Assembly: GCA_963796645.1 (NCBI GenBank)
Contig: CAWCMQ010000013.1
Coordinates: 20,318-84,317, forward strand
Direction: 5' to 3'
Origin: an uncultured Solirubrobacterales bacterium
Lineage (GTDB): Bacteria; Actinomycetota; Thermoleophilia; Solirubrobacterales; Solirubrobacteraceae
DNA length: 64,000 bases
In this document: positions 48,237 through 57,435 of the stretch, piece by piece
How positions within the stretch are numbered: position 1 is the first letter of the stretch
Layout of the letters: the number at the start of each line of letters is the position of its first letter
Translations under genes and position numbers: made by a program
Notes under the pieces: model-generated
What the model saw: only the letters and a program-made list of their open reading frames with translations
The model's database searches: none
Told to the model about the DNA's origin: nothing

Positions 48237-48287
48237 GCGCGACCCTGGCGCTACGCTTAACCACGTCTCAATTTCGGAGGTCGAAGG

Positions 48288-49544
48288 TTGCGCCCAGGGG
48301 GTATTGCGGGAGTTCGACATCGCCGGTTCTCGCGAGGACTGGCAATCGTGGCCGCGTGCATCGCGGCCGCGGTCCTGCTCGCCGCCTGCGGCGGCGGCGG
48401 AGGGACCACGGGCTCAGCAAGCGATAAGCAGGGCGGGAGCGGGAAGTCCGGGGGTGGTAGCACCAACGCCGTGAGCCTTTCGATCACGCCGGCGGGCGGC
48501 AACAGCGTCCGCTCGACCGACGGCGGCATCACGGTGCGGGCCGCCGGCGGCAAGATCGGGAAGGTGACGGTCAGGACCTCAGGCGACGCGGTAGCCGGGA
48601 CGTTCAACGCCGGCCACACCACGTGGCACAGCAAATGGGCGCTGGGCGTGGGGCAGCACTACACGGTCACCGCGAGCGCGGCCGCGACGGGCGGCGGTCA
48701 GGTCACCAAGACGAGCTCGTTCCACACGTTCACACCGACGCAGACCTTCGATACCAGGATCGTCGAGGGCGACGGGCAGAGCTACGGCGTCGGGATGCCG
48801 ATCATCCTGTACTTCGATCGGAGCCTCAGCAACACGAAGGCACTCGAGCGGTCGCTGCAGATCAAGACCTCGAAGCGGGTCGTGGGCGCGTGGTACTGGG
48901 ACAGCCAATGTGGCACCGCGCCGCTCTGCGCCTACTTCCGCCCGCGCCACTACTGGCCGGCGCACACCCGGGTCAGCTTCGTCGGCCACCTGGATGGCGT
49001 GCAGGCCGCGCCGGGCGTGTACGGGCACCACACGCTCACGCAGAGCTTCACGATCGGCTCCTCCGTGACCGTATCCGTCAGCACCACCTCGCACACGATG
49101 AACGTGTACCGGGACAAGAAGCTGTTCGCGCACTGGCCGATCAGCAGTGGACGGCCAGGCGACGACACGCCGGACGGGACGTACATGACGATCGAAAAGG
49201 CAAACCCCGTCGACATGGTCGGCCCGGGATACAACATCCAGGTGCCGTACTCGGTGCGCTTCACCTGGAGCGGCGACTACCTGCACGACGCGTACTGGTC
49301 GGTCGGCGAGCAGGGGTTCACGAACGTCAGCCACGGCTGCGTGAACATGTCGCCAGCTGACGCTCAGACCTTCTACAACATGGCCGTGCCCGGCGATCCG
49401 GTGACGGTCACCGGGAGCCCGAAGGCCGGCCAGTGGGACAACGGCTGGACGATGTGGTTCCTCAACTGGAAGCAGTGGGTGCGCGGTAGCGCTCTGAAGT
49501 CGGCCGTCGTGGCCAGCCGCCACGGCAGTAGGTTCGTGTCCTAG
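48288..49544 (+). CDS. L,D-transpeptidase lipoprotein (Ig-like + YkuD)
   Basis: Lipobox LLAA-C. GVGMPI, ISSG...TPDG, YLHDAYW, SHGCVNM. Confidence 0.95.
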   Translation: MRPGGIAGVRHRRFSRGLAIVAACIAAAVLLAACGGGGGTTGSASDKQGGSGKSGGGSTNAVSLSITPAGGNSVRSTDGGITVRAAGGKIGKVTVRTSGDAVAGTFNAGHTTWHSKWALGVGQHYTVTASAAATGGGQVTKTSSFHTFTPTQTFDTRIVEGDGQSYGVGMPIILYFDRSLSNTKALERSLQIKTSKRVVGAWYWDSQCGTAPLCAYFRPRHYWPAHTRVSFVGHLDGVQAAPGVYGHHTLTQSFTIGSSVTVSVSTTSHTMNVYRDKKLFAHWPISSGRPGDDTPDGTYMTIEKANPVDMVGPGYNIQVPYSVRFTWSGDYLHDAYWSVGEQGFTNVSHGCVNMSPADAQTFYNMAVPGDPVTVTGSPKAGQWDNGWTMWFLNWKQWVRGSALKSAVVASRHGSRFVS

Positions 49545-49586
49545 CGTCGTCCCGGCGCACCGCCTACCCGACGGCGCTCAGCGGGC

Positions 49587-50009
49587 CTACCCGACTGCGC
49601 TCAGCCCGGCCTGCGCGACCTCCATGTCCTGCGAGTAATGACCGCCGCTGACGCCGATCGCGCCGACGATGCGCTCGCCGATCGTGATCGGATAACCACC
49701 GCCGAACACGACCAGGCGGTCGATGCCGCCCACGGCGCCCGCGGCCAGCGGCGGGTCGTCCTTGATGAATGGATGCCACGCATCGGTCGCCATGCCGAAG
49801 CCAACCGCGGTGTATGCCTTGTCCTGCGCGATCTGCACGCTCAGAAGCGCGGCGCCGTCCATCCGGCTGAACGCCTTCAGCACCCCCGACTCGTCGCACA
49901 CGGCGATCACCATCGGCGTGCCGATCTCGTCGGCCCTGGCCTCGGCGGCGCTGATCATCCGACGCGCGAGTTCGGTGCTCACGCTCTGTTTGTCGATTAC
50001 ATCGGCCAT
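49587..50009 (-). CDS. GlcG/HbpS family heme-binding protein
   Basis: IAVCDESG...RMDGA...AQDKAYTA...FGGGYPI...GAIGVSGG. Confidence 0.92.
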   Translation of the reverse strand: MADVIDKQSVSTELARRMISAAEARADEIGTPMVIAVCDESGVLKAFSRMDGAALLSVQIAQDKAYTAVGFGMATDAWHPFIKDDPPLAAGAVGGIDRLVVFGGGYPITIGERIVGAIGVSGGHYSQDMEVAQAGLSAVG

Positions 50010-50028
50010 CTAGAACCCTCCATTCGGT

Positions 50029-50925
50029 CTACTCGATGTCCCCAAAGCGCTGTTCGAGCTCGCTGATCTCGTCGGTGCCGATGAACGACAGGAACTCCTG
50101 GAACGGGAGCAGTGTGGGCAACGCGTCGATCGGCGAGCCCGCCGTCCTGATCTGCGCCAGCACCGTCCGCATCGCGGCCGTCGCGGCGAGCAGCGTGCTG
50201 ATCGGAAAGATCACGAGCGAGAAGCCGGCCCGGCGCAGGAACTCCTGCGTGACCGCCGGCGTCTTGCCGCCCTCGGCGTAGTTGAACAACAGCGGCACGT
50301 CCGGGAACGCCTTTCCCACCGCGCCGATCTCCTCGACCGACTGCGGCGCCTCGATGAACAGCATGTCGGCACCGGCAGCGTGGTAGGTCCGGGCTCGCCG
50401 CAGTGCGGCGTCAAGTCCCTCGACAGCACGCGCATCCGTGCGGGCGATGATCAGGAACTCGTCCGATCGTCTGGCGGCCACTGCGGCCTCGATCTTGGCC
50501 GCCATCTCGCCGACCGGCACGACCTGCTTTCCCTCCATGTGGCCGCACTTCTTCGGCATCACCTGATCCTCGACGTGGATCGCCGCGACCCCGGCCGACT
50601 CGTACTCCTGGACGGTCCGGATCACGTTGATCGGGTTCCCGTAGCCGGTGTCGGCATCGGCGATCACCGGCAGGTCAACCGCCCGTGCGATCCGCCGGGC
50701 GTTGTCGACCATCTCGGACATGGTCATCAGCCCGACGTCGGGGCGTCCAAGACGCGACGCGGCGCTGCCGAAGCCGGTCATGTACACGGCCGGAAAGCCC
50801 GCCTCCTCGATCAACCGAGCGCCGAGCGCGTCGTAGCAGCCGGGCGCCAGCACCATTTCCCCGGCGTCGAGCAGCCGGCGAAGGGTCGAGCGCGGGTTGC
50901 GATCAGTCGCCAGCAGGTTGGCCAT
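50029..50925 (-). CDS. Isocitrate lyase/PEP mutase superfamily C-C lyase (PrpB/dimethylmalate lyase-like)
   Basis: PGCYDAL, IADADTGYG, HVEDQVMPKKCGH, IIARTDA, GADMLFIEA. ATG 50925. Confidence 0.9.
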   Translation of the reverse strand: MANLLATDRNPRSTLRRLLDAGEMVLAPGCYDALGARLIEEAGFPAVYMTGFGSAASRLGRPDVGLMTMSEMVDNARRIARAVDLPVIADADTGYGNPINVIRTVQEYESAGVAAIHVEDQVMPKKCGHMEGKQVVPVGEMAAKIEAAVAARRSDEFLIIARTDARAVEGLDAALRRARTYHAAGADMLFIEAPQSVEEIGAVGKAFPDVPLLFNYAEGGKTPAVTQEFLRRAGFSLVIFPISTLLAATAAMRTVLAQIRTAGSPIDALPTLLPFQEFLSFIGTDEISELEQRFGDIE

Positions 50926-51793
50926 GAGTGGAGGTAACCCTATCCCTGCCAGGGTCACCATCCGCCACCCCGCGCCCCATCCGCCCGGCCAGCTGCTCAA
51001 AGAACCTGTCCGCCCCGAGCGCACTCACCACGCGCTCGGCCACCCGCGGTGCGATCTCCTGGATCGCCAGCAGCGGGCGCATCGGCCACCCCGTCACGAG
51101 CACGTCTGGCCGGTCACGAATGATCGCGTCGACGACCGCGCGCGCCACGCGCTCGGGCGGCACAGGCCTCAGCGCCAGCGGCGCATCCACCCCAAGCCGC
51201 TGCATCTCCACGTACATCCCGTCGTCAGAAACGAATCCTGGGCAGATGACGCTGGCCCCAACCGATGTCTGGGCGAGCTCGGCACGCAGCGATCGGCTGA
51301 ACCCGATCAGTCCGGCCTTGGTCGTCGCGTAGGTGACGTTGTACGAGTTGCCTCCGCGTCCGGCGAGCGAGGAGATCGTCACGATGTGGCCGCGATCGCG
51401 TCTCAGCATCCCCGGCAGGGCGTGGCGGGTGAGCACCAACGGCGCGAGCAGATTCAGTCGGAGCACCATCTCAAGCTCTTCGTCGGTGAACGCGGTGAAG
51501 GCCGACGGCAGTTCCATCCCCGCGTTGTTGACCAACACGTCCAGCGGGCCGATCGCGGCCTCGGCGTGCGAGACAAGCGAGTCGGTCTCGTCAGTGTCGG
51601 TCAGATCCGCAAGCACGGGCACGGCATCGACTCCGCGCGCACCCAATTCAGAGCAGAGCTCGTGCAGCGGCTCCTCGTGGCGTCCGGATACGACCAGCCG
51701 CACACCCCGCTCGCCCAGCGCGCGGGCCATGTGCCGACCCAAGCCGCCGGCGGCTCCGGTCAGGAGCACGTTGGCTCCTCGCAAGTCGTCCAT
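50903..51793 (-). CDS. SDR family oxidoreductase
   Basis: TGAAGGLG, NNAG, YATTK (YxxxK), CPGFV. Confidence 0.92.
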   Translation of the reverse strand: MDDLRGANVLLTGAAGGLGRHMARALGERGVRLVVSGRHEEPLHELCSELGARGVDAVPVLADLTDTDETDSLVSHAEAAIGPLDVLVNNAGMELPSAFTAFTDEELEMVLRLNLLAPLVLTRHALPGMLRRDRGHIVTISSLAGRGGNSYNVTYATTKAGLIGFSRSLRAELAQTSVGASVICPGFVSDDGMYVEMQRLGVDAPLALRPVPPERVARAVVDAIIRDRPDVLVTGWPMRPLLAIQEIAPRVAERVVSALGADRFFEQLAGRMGRGVADGDPGRDRVTSTHGQPAGD

Positions 51794-51860
51794 CGCGCGA
51801 CCGTAGTACGCGGGCCGCCCCGCGCACAGCCGTAGTGAACCGCGGTTCTGGTACCCGGAA

Positions 51861-53246
51861 CTACTCGGTCAGCTCGCGCGCCAGATCGTCGAAGACCTGG
51901 ACGTAGGCGTCGACCGCCTCGTCGGAGTGAGCCACCGACAGCGTCCACTCCTCCTCGCGGCCGGGGGTCATGAAGATGCCCCGGTTCATGTTGAAGAGCC
52001 AGGCGAGCTCGGTCAGCTCCACGTCCTGGTTGACCTTGAACGTCTCATAGTCGACCACCCGGGTCGGCGAGAAGGTCACGCAGCCCTTGGCGGCGATGCC
52101 GATCGCGTAGCCGGGGAGGTTGTACCGGTCGACCACCCCCTGGCAGCCCGAGACGATCCGGTCATTCAGCGCGTCGAGGTGCCGATACGCGTCGGGCGTC
52201 AGGACCTCGAGCAGGCTCGCGCGGGCCGCGGCCATCGCGAGCGGGTTGCCGTTGTAGGTCCCCACCTGGTACACGGTGCCGTCCTCCACGACGCGCATGA
52301 CCTCCTCGGTGCCCCCGATCGCGCCGGAGGGAAGTCCGCCGCCGAGCGTCTTCGCGAGCGTGACCATGTCCGGCTGCACGCCGAAGCGCTCCGTCGCCCC
52401 ACCCGCGCCGATCGCCAGGCCGGTCTTGACCTCGTCGAAGATCAGCACGATCCCGTGCCGGCGCGTGATCTCGCGCACCTCCTCGAGGTATCCCTCCTCA
52501 GGAAGCACGACCCCGAGGTTCATCATCGCCGCCTCCATGATCACGCAGGCGGGCTTGCGTCCCTCGGCCTCGAGTCGCTCGATCCGGCGCTCCATCGCAC
52601 CGGCGTCGTTGAACGGCACCGCGATCGTGAGCTCCGTGATGGCGTGGGGGATGCCAGCCCCGTAGGCCAGCGAGGCATAGTTCTCGCGGTCCCCGATCTC
52701 GTCGTACTCGACGCCGATCGAGACCATCACCGCGTCGTGATGGCCGTGGTAGGAGCCGAAGATCTTGATGATCGTCTCACGGCCGGTGAGTCCGCGGGCG
52801 ATTCGAATCGCGTCCATCGTCGCCTCGGATCCCGAGTTGACGAAACGCCATCGGTCGAGCCCCCAGCGGCGCTTGAGCTCCTCGGCGACGATCACCCCGT
52901 CCTCGGTGGTGGCCGCGAAATGCGTCCCGAGCCCGACGCGCTCGCGTACCGCGCGCACGATCGCGGGATTGCCGTGACCCTGGACCATTGAGCCGAACCC
53001 GTTGTGGAAGTCCCACATGCGGTTGCCGTCGACGTCGAAGACGACGGCCCCCTCGCCGGTGGTCAGGTAAATGGGCCATGGCTCGAGCGCCTGGTAGCTC
53101 GACGCGACGCCGCCGCTCAGCGACTCGCGCGCGCGCTGGTACATGTCGCGCGAGCCTGGAGTGCGCTCCTCGAGGGTCGCCTGCTCTCGCTCGGTGAGCT
53201 CCCGGATCCGCTCGCGGTCAAGCTTGGTGAAGGTGTTGGCTGTCAT
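51861..53246 (-). CDS. Class III PLP aminotransferase (GSA-aminomutase/HemL-like)
   Basis: DVDGN, FVNSGSEAT, GSYHG, FDEVKTG, LAKTLGGGLP, GTYNGNP. Confidence 0.9.
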   Translation of the reverse strand: MTANTFTKLDRERIRELTEREQATLEERTPGSRDMYQRARESLSGGVASSYQALEPWPIYLTTGEGAVVFDVDGNRMWDFHNGFGSMVQGHGNPAIVRAVRERVGLGTHFAATTEDGVIVAEELKRRWGLDRWRFVNSGSEATMDAIRIARGLTGRETIIKIFGSYHGHHDAVMVSIGVEYDEIGDRENYASLAYGAGIPHAITELTIAVPFNDAGAMERRIERLEAEGRKPACVIMEAAMMNLGVVLPEEGYLEEVREITRRHGIVLIFDEVKTGLAIGAGGATERFGVQPDMVTLAKTLGGGLPSGAIGGTEEVMRVVEDGTVYQVGTYNGNPLAMAAARASLLEVLTPDAYRHLDALNDRIVSGCQGVVDRYNLPGYAIGIAAKGCVTFSPTRVVDYETFKVNQDVELTELAWLFNMNRGIFMTPGREEEWTLSVAHSDEAVDAYVQVFDDLARELTE

Positions 53247-53328
53247 CGTCGAACTCCAATCGGATCGCGGCGCGCCCCCTGCCATGTCTCAGCTTACGTG
53301 AGCGACGCGGGTCGGCGGGCCCTCAGCC

Positions 53329-54015
53329 TCACGCGGCCAGGCCCCGAGCGACCTGCAGCGCGCCGACGGCCGCAAGCGCCACAACGGCGATCGTGCGACC
53401 GTGGCCGACGAGCCACGCCTTGAATGACACCACCGCCACCTGAGTCCGGTGGGGGGCAAACACACAGGCCAGCAGCGGCAGCTCGAGCAGTACCTGCTGC
53501 ATCACGCAGAAGTACAGGATCAGCAGCAGGATCGAGATCGTGGGCGGTCCGAGGTGCGCAATGTGGTCGAGCGCGTTGAGGTAGCTCACGCCCGGGAAGC
53601 TCACGACCGCGCCGACCAAGAACGTGAACACCGCGGAGTTCCTCGCGAGCATCCGTTGCGTCCAGGACCCGTGCTCGCTTCGCTGACCGTTCTTCCGGCG
53701 TTTCCGCCACCGCTGCAGCGGCGCGTCGAGACCGAAGCCCAGCACGAGCGAGATCGCCAGCGCGACGGCACCGATCGCGAGGTCCTCCGCCGGACTGGCG
53801 GCGTGGTTGGTCGTGATCACGGTGCCCGATCCCTCGAGCGAGAAGACGACGGCCAGGCCCGCGACGATGCTGGTCGTGTATGCGCCGAGGAGGTAGCCGA
53901 GCATCAGGCGTTTCGGATTCGGGAGCAGCAGCATCACGGTCACGGCGGCGAGCAGGGACGGGTTGAGCATCGCTACCGCGGAGGCGATAAAGACGATCGC
54001 CAGATCCCGGCTCAT
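53329..54015 (-). CDS. GAP/Sap (glycolipid-addressing) family membrane protein
   Basis: AMLNPSLLAAVTVML...GYLLG...GVSYLNAL...ELPLL, six TMs. ATGA overlap with the upstream gene. Confidence 0.75.
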   Translation of the reverse strand: MSRDLAIVFIASAVAMLNPSLLAAVTVMLLLPNPKRLMLGYLLGAYTTSIVAGLAVVFSLEGSGTVITTNHAASPAEDLAIGAVALAISLVLGFGLDAPLQRWRKRRKNGQRSEHGSWTQRMLARNSAVFTFLVGAVVSFPGVSYLNALDHIAHLGPPTISILLLILYFCVMQQVLLELPLLACVFAPHRTQVAVVSFKAWLVGHGRTIAVVALAAVGALQVARGLAA

Positions 54016-54395
54016 CGGCGCGACCCTGCCCGGAGCGTTTCTACAGACGCGACGGCGGTCCGCGCATCGACCTGCTTGCCGGCCAGAAACCGCACGATCG
54101 ACACCCCGGAGAAGCGAGCGCCGCCGGCCTCGTCCGTCGCTCGCCACCGCACGACGACCCGATCCTCCTCGGCGATCTCGTCCTCGATCTTCGCGTAGAG
54201 GCCGGGGTAAGCCCGGCGGGCCCTCAGGACTAGCCGCCGGAGCTCGGCCGGCCCGACCACGGGCGACGCGACGCCCGTCAGCTGACCGACGAAGTCCACC
54301 GCCACCAATTCCTCGATCAACTCCAGCCGGCCCTCGTTCAGCACGCCCTCGACGAACAGCCGCAGCTTCTGCTTGTTGCGCTCGGTCACGGACAT
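54012..54395 (-). CDS. Ester cyclase / SnoaL-like protein
   Basis: NKQKLRLFVEGVLNEGRLELIEELVA...AYPGL..KIEDEIAEEDRVVVRW. Confidence 0.82.
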   Translation of the reverse strand: MSVTERNKQKLRLFVEGVLNEGRLELIEELVAVDFVGQLTGVASPVVGPAELRRLVLRARRAYPGLYAKIEDEIAEEDRVVVRWRATDEAGGARFSGVSIVRFLAGKQVDARTAVASVETLRAGSRR

Positions 54396-54482
54396 CACCC
54401 AGCGAGATCCTGAGCGTTCCCACACTGACCACAAGGGAGGATCCCCGAGGATTTCCCCTACGGTTTTGACAACGCACGCCGG

Positions 54483-57320
54483 GTGTATCTTCAACGTGTG
54501 TCGCCGAGTGCGCTGGGAGCTCTGCTGGAGCGCGAGCGCGAGGTTGGGACGCTGCGGGAGGGCCTCAATCGCGCGTGCGCGGGCGAGGGGACCCTGCTGT
54601 TGATCGCAGGGCCGCCTGGCGTCGGCAAAACCGAGCTGACGCGGGAGGTGCGCCGTGCGGCCGGCCCGGCGCGGATCGCACTGCTGCAGGCGCGGGGCTC
54701 GGAGCTGGAGCAGCCGTTCGCGTTCGGCGTCGTCCGTCAGCTGCTGGAGCCCGTGATCGGAGCCCCCGGCTCGCGCGCCGATCTGTTCGCCGGCGCCGCG
54801 GCTCCTGCGACGCGGCTGTTCGAGGTCGGCGAGCAGCGGCGGGCCGACACTGACGCGGGATTCGAGGCGCTCCACTCGCTGTACTGGCTGGTCGTCAATC
54901 TGGCCGAACAGACGCCGATGCTTGTGCTGGTCGACGATTGCCACTGGGTCGACCGTGATTCGCTTCGGTTCCTGGCCTATCTGGCCCAGCGGGTGGAGGA
55001 CCTCCCGATCGCGATGGTCCTGGCCGGGCGTCCACCGGAGTCCGGCGCGTCCGAGGTGGCGACGCTCTGGGCGCAGATCGCCTCGCGCCCGGCAGCGGTC
55101 GCGATATATCCCCGGCCGCTGAGCGAGTCGGCAGCGAGCGAGCTGACGCGCGAGCGCCTTGGGTCGGAGGCGGACGAGGAGTTCTGCCGCGCGTGTCATA
55201 CCGCGACCGGAGGCAATCCGCTGTTCCTCGGGGAGCTGCTGCGAGCGCTCGAAGCTGCGGGCGTGGCCCCTTCGGCGACGGCAGCGGACGAGGTGCAGGC
55301 GGTCGGGCCGGCCGCGGTCAGCCGGTTCGTCCTGCACCGGCTCGCGACGCTCGGCGTGCCGGCGACCGAGCTCGCGAGGGCTGTCGCGGTGCTCGGAGAC
55401 GACAGCGATCCGGCGCTCGCGGCTCGCGTGGCGGTCGTCAGCGAGGACGCGGCGCGGACGGCCGGTGACGAGCTCGTTCGCGCCGACATATTCGTCCGCG
55501 GCGAGCGCTTCGGATTCGTTCATCCGATCGTGCGCGCCGCGCTGTACGAGGACCTCACGCCGGGCGAGCGACAGGCCCTGCATCGTGCCGCCGCGGAGGC
55601 ATTGGCGGCCGAGGATGCCTCGGCAGAACGGGTCACCGCGCATCTCCTGTTGACCGTCCCGACCGGGGACCCGCAGCGGGTCCGGACGCTCAGGGCGGCC
55701 GCGATCAGCGCCGCGGGCCGTGGCTCGCCTCGGGCGGCTGCGGCTCGGCTTCGCCGAGCCCTCCTCGAGGCTCCAGCCGGGCCGGAGCGTGCCGAGATCC
55801 TGGCCGAGATCGGCCGCTACGAGCTGGCGGCCATGGAATTCGCAAGTGCCGAGAGCCATCTGCGCGAGGCGCTGGCACAAACCGGCGCGACGCTGACGAC
55901 GCGAGCCGAGGCAGCGTCGTGGCTTGGTCGGTGCGCGACCGTGTCGGGCGGGCAGTCCGCCGAGGCCGCGGCCGACGCGCTGACCGCGCTTTCGGCTGAG
56001 CTTGAGCCGCACGACGCGGAGCGGTCACTCGAGCTCGACGCGGATCTGTTGTCGCTGCGGAGCATCCTGCCGCGAATGCGCCCCGGCGCCGCGGCGCAGC
56101 TCGATCGCTTTCGCGTCCAGGCGAGGGGCCATCCGGGGTTCGAGGCTGTCGCGCGGGTCTACCAGGCCCAGGAACTGCTGATCAGCGGCGGCTCCGCGGA
56201 GGACGTGGTGGCCGAGGTGCTGGCGGCGCTCGCGGTCGGGCTTCCCCCGGCAACGCAGACGACCGCGGGTCTGACGGCGCTGCTGACGCTCGGCGTGGCC
56301 GAGCGCTACGACGTCGTCGCGGGATTGCTCGACGCCGCGCTCGACCACGCCCGGAGGGAGGGCCATGCGACCCGTCAGGGCATCATCCACGGGTTGCGCG
56401 CCACGATCGCGCTGGCGACGGGATCCGTGCACGACGCGGAGGTGGAGGCCGAGACAGGGCTGCTGTTACTCGAGGAGCGGCATTTCGTCGTGCTCCAGCT
56501 CATCGCGACCGCGATCCTCGTGCAGGTCGAGCGCGGCGCACTCGAGATAGCCGCCGAGCTGGCGCAGACCGGCGAGCGACTCGCGCGCTCCGGAAATCAA
56601 ATCTTCGCCGTGGAGTACATGACCGCGCGAGGTCGCCTGCGGATCGCGCAGGGGGAGGTCGAGGCTGGGGTTGCGGATCTGCTGTGGTGTGGCGAGCAGC
56701 GTGAGGCGATGGCGATGCCGTGGCCGAGCGATTGGAGGGCGCTCGTGGCGCCCGCGCTCGCCTCATTGGGCGAGACGGCAAGGGCCACAGAGTTGGCGCG
56801 CGAGCAGCTCGAGACGGCCCGGCGGGTCGGCGCGTCCGGCGCGCTAGGCAGGTCGCTGCGGGCATCCGCACTCGCGACCGAGAACGGGGAGCGGTTGCCG
56901 TTGCTCGAGGAGGCGGTCGCGGTCCTCGAACCCAGCCCATCGCGACTCGACCTCGCTCATGTACTCGCCGACCTGGGTGCTGAGCTGAACCGGCTGGGCC
57001 GGCGCCGCGAGGGCCGGGAGGTCGAGCGGAGGGCGATCAAGCTCGCGGGCGATTGCGGGGCGGCCGCGCTCGCCGAACGCGCGAGATTGGAGTTGCAAGC
57101 GGGACCCGGCCGGCGCGCCCGGGCCGAGCTGACCGGACCGAATGCGCTGACCGCCGCGGAGTGGCGCGTGTGCCGGCAGGCGGTCGAGGGACGCACCAAC
57201 CGCCAGATCGCCGAGACCCTGTTCGTGACCGAGAAGACGATCGAGCGTCACCTCAGCAGCGCCTACCAGAAGCTCGAGATCCGCTCCCGATTTCAGCTCG
57301 CGGCGGCGATCGAGCACTAG
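54483..57320 (+). CDS. LAL-family regulator (AAA ATPase + LuxR HTH)
   Basis: GPPGVGKT, VDDCHWVD, TGGNPLFL, F.HP, C-terminal LTAAEWRV...GRTNRQIAETLFVTEKTIERHLSSAYQKL. Confidence 0.95.
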   Translation: MYLQRVSPSALGALLEREREVGTLREGLNRACAGEGTLLLIAGPPGVGKTELTREVRRAAGPARIALLQARGSELEQPFAFGVVRQLLEPVIGAPGSRADLFAGAAAPATRLFEVGEQRRADTDAGFEALHSLYWLVVNLAEQTPMLVLVDDCHWVDRDSLRFLAYLAQRVEDLPIAMVLAGRPPESGASEVATLWAQIASRPAAVAIYPRPLSESAASELTRERLGSEADEEFCRACHTATGGNPLFLGELLRALEAAGVAPSATAADEVQAVGPAAVSRFVLHRLATLGVPATELARAVAVLGDDSDPALAARVAVVSEDAARTAGDELVRADIFVRGERFGFVHPIVRAALYEDLTPGERQALHRAAAEALAAEDASAERVTAHLLLTVPTGDPQRVRTLRAAAISAAGRGSPRAAAARLRRALLEAPAGPERAEILAEIGRYELAAMEFASAESHLREALAQTGATLTTRAEAASWLGRCATVSGGQSAEAAADALTALSAELEPHDAERSLELDADLLSLRSILPRMRPGAAAQLDRFRVQARGHPGFEAVARVYQAQELLISGGSAEDVVAEVLAALAVGLPPATQTTAGLTALLTLGVAERYDVVAGLLDAALDHARREGHATRQGIIHGLRATIALATGSVHDAEVEAETGLLLLEERHFVVLQLIATAILVQVERGALEIAAELAQTGERLARSGNQIFAVEYMTARGRLRIAQGEVEAGVADLLWCGEQREAMAMPWPSDWRALVAPALASLGETARATELAREQLETARRVGASGALGRSLRASALATENGERLPLLEEAVAVLEPSPSRLDLAHVLADLGAELNRLGRRREGREVERRAIKLAGDCGAAALAERARLELQAGPGRRARAELTGPNALTAAEWRVCRQAVEGRTNRQIAETLFVTEKTIERHLSSAYQKLEIRSRFQLAAAIEH

Positions 57321-57435
57321 CCGAACAAAACGTTGGGGTAAACACGCGGGTGCCCCCCCTTGTTTGGGGCAGCCGCCCCTCACACCATGTCAACCGGTCA
57401 GGTAATGACGATTTGCGGAGAGGAAGTGGCCGGTC

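Noticed and set aside
50029-50925. PEP mutase / phosphonate biosynthesis cluster
   Set aside because: The active-site loop is KKCGH (lyase type), not the KxNS loop of PEP mutases, and there is no phosphonopyruvate decarboxylase nearby.
51861-53246. Gene symbol hemL
   Set aside because: The family is clear, but no hem genes are adjacent and the N-terminus is divergent, so orthology cannot be claimed.
54012-56012. Long 666-aa minus-strand ORF, and similar long ORFs (40034-42139, 32984-34372, 24050-25402, 1323-2393, 15186-16475)
   Set aside because: These are shadow frames of real genes in GC-rich DNA, Arg/Gly/Pro-rich with no motifs. Only the last 127 aa of 54012-56012 (ester cyclase) look real.
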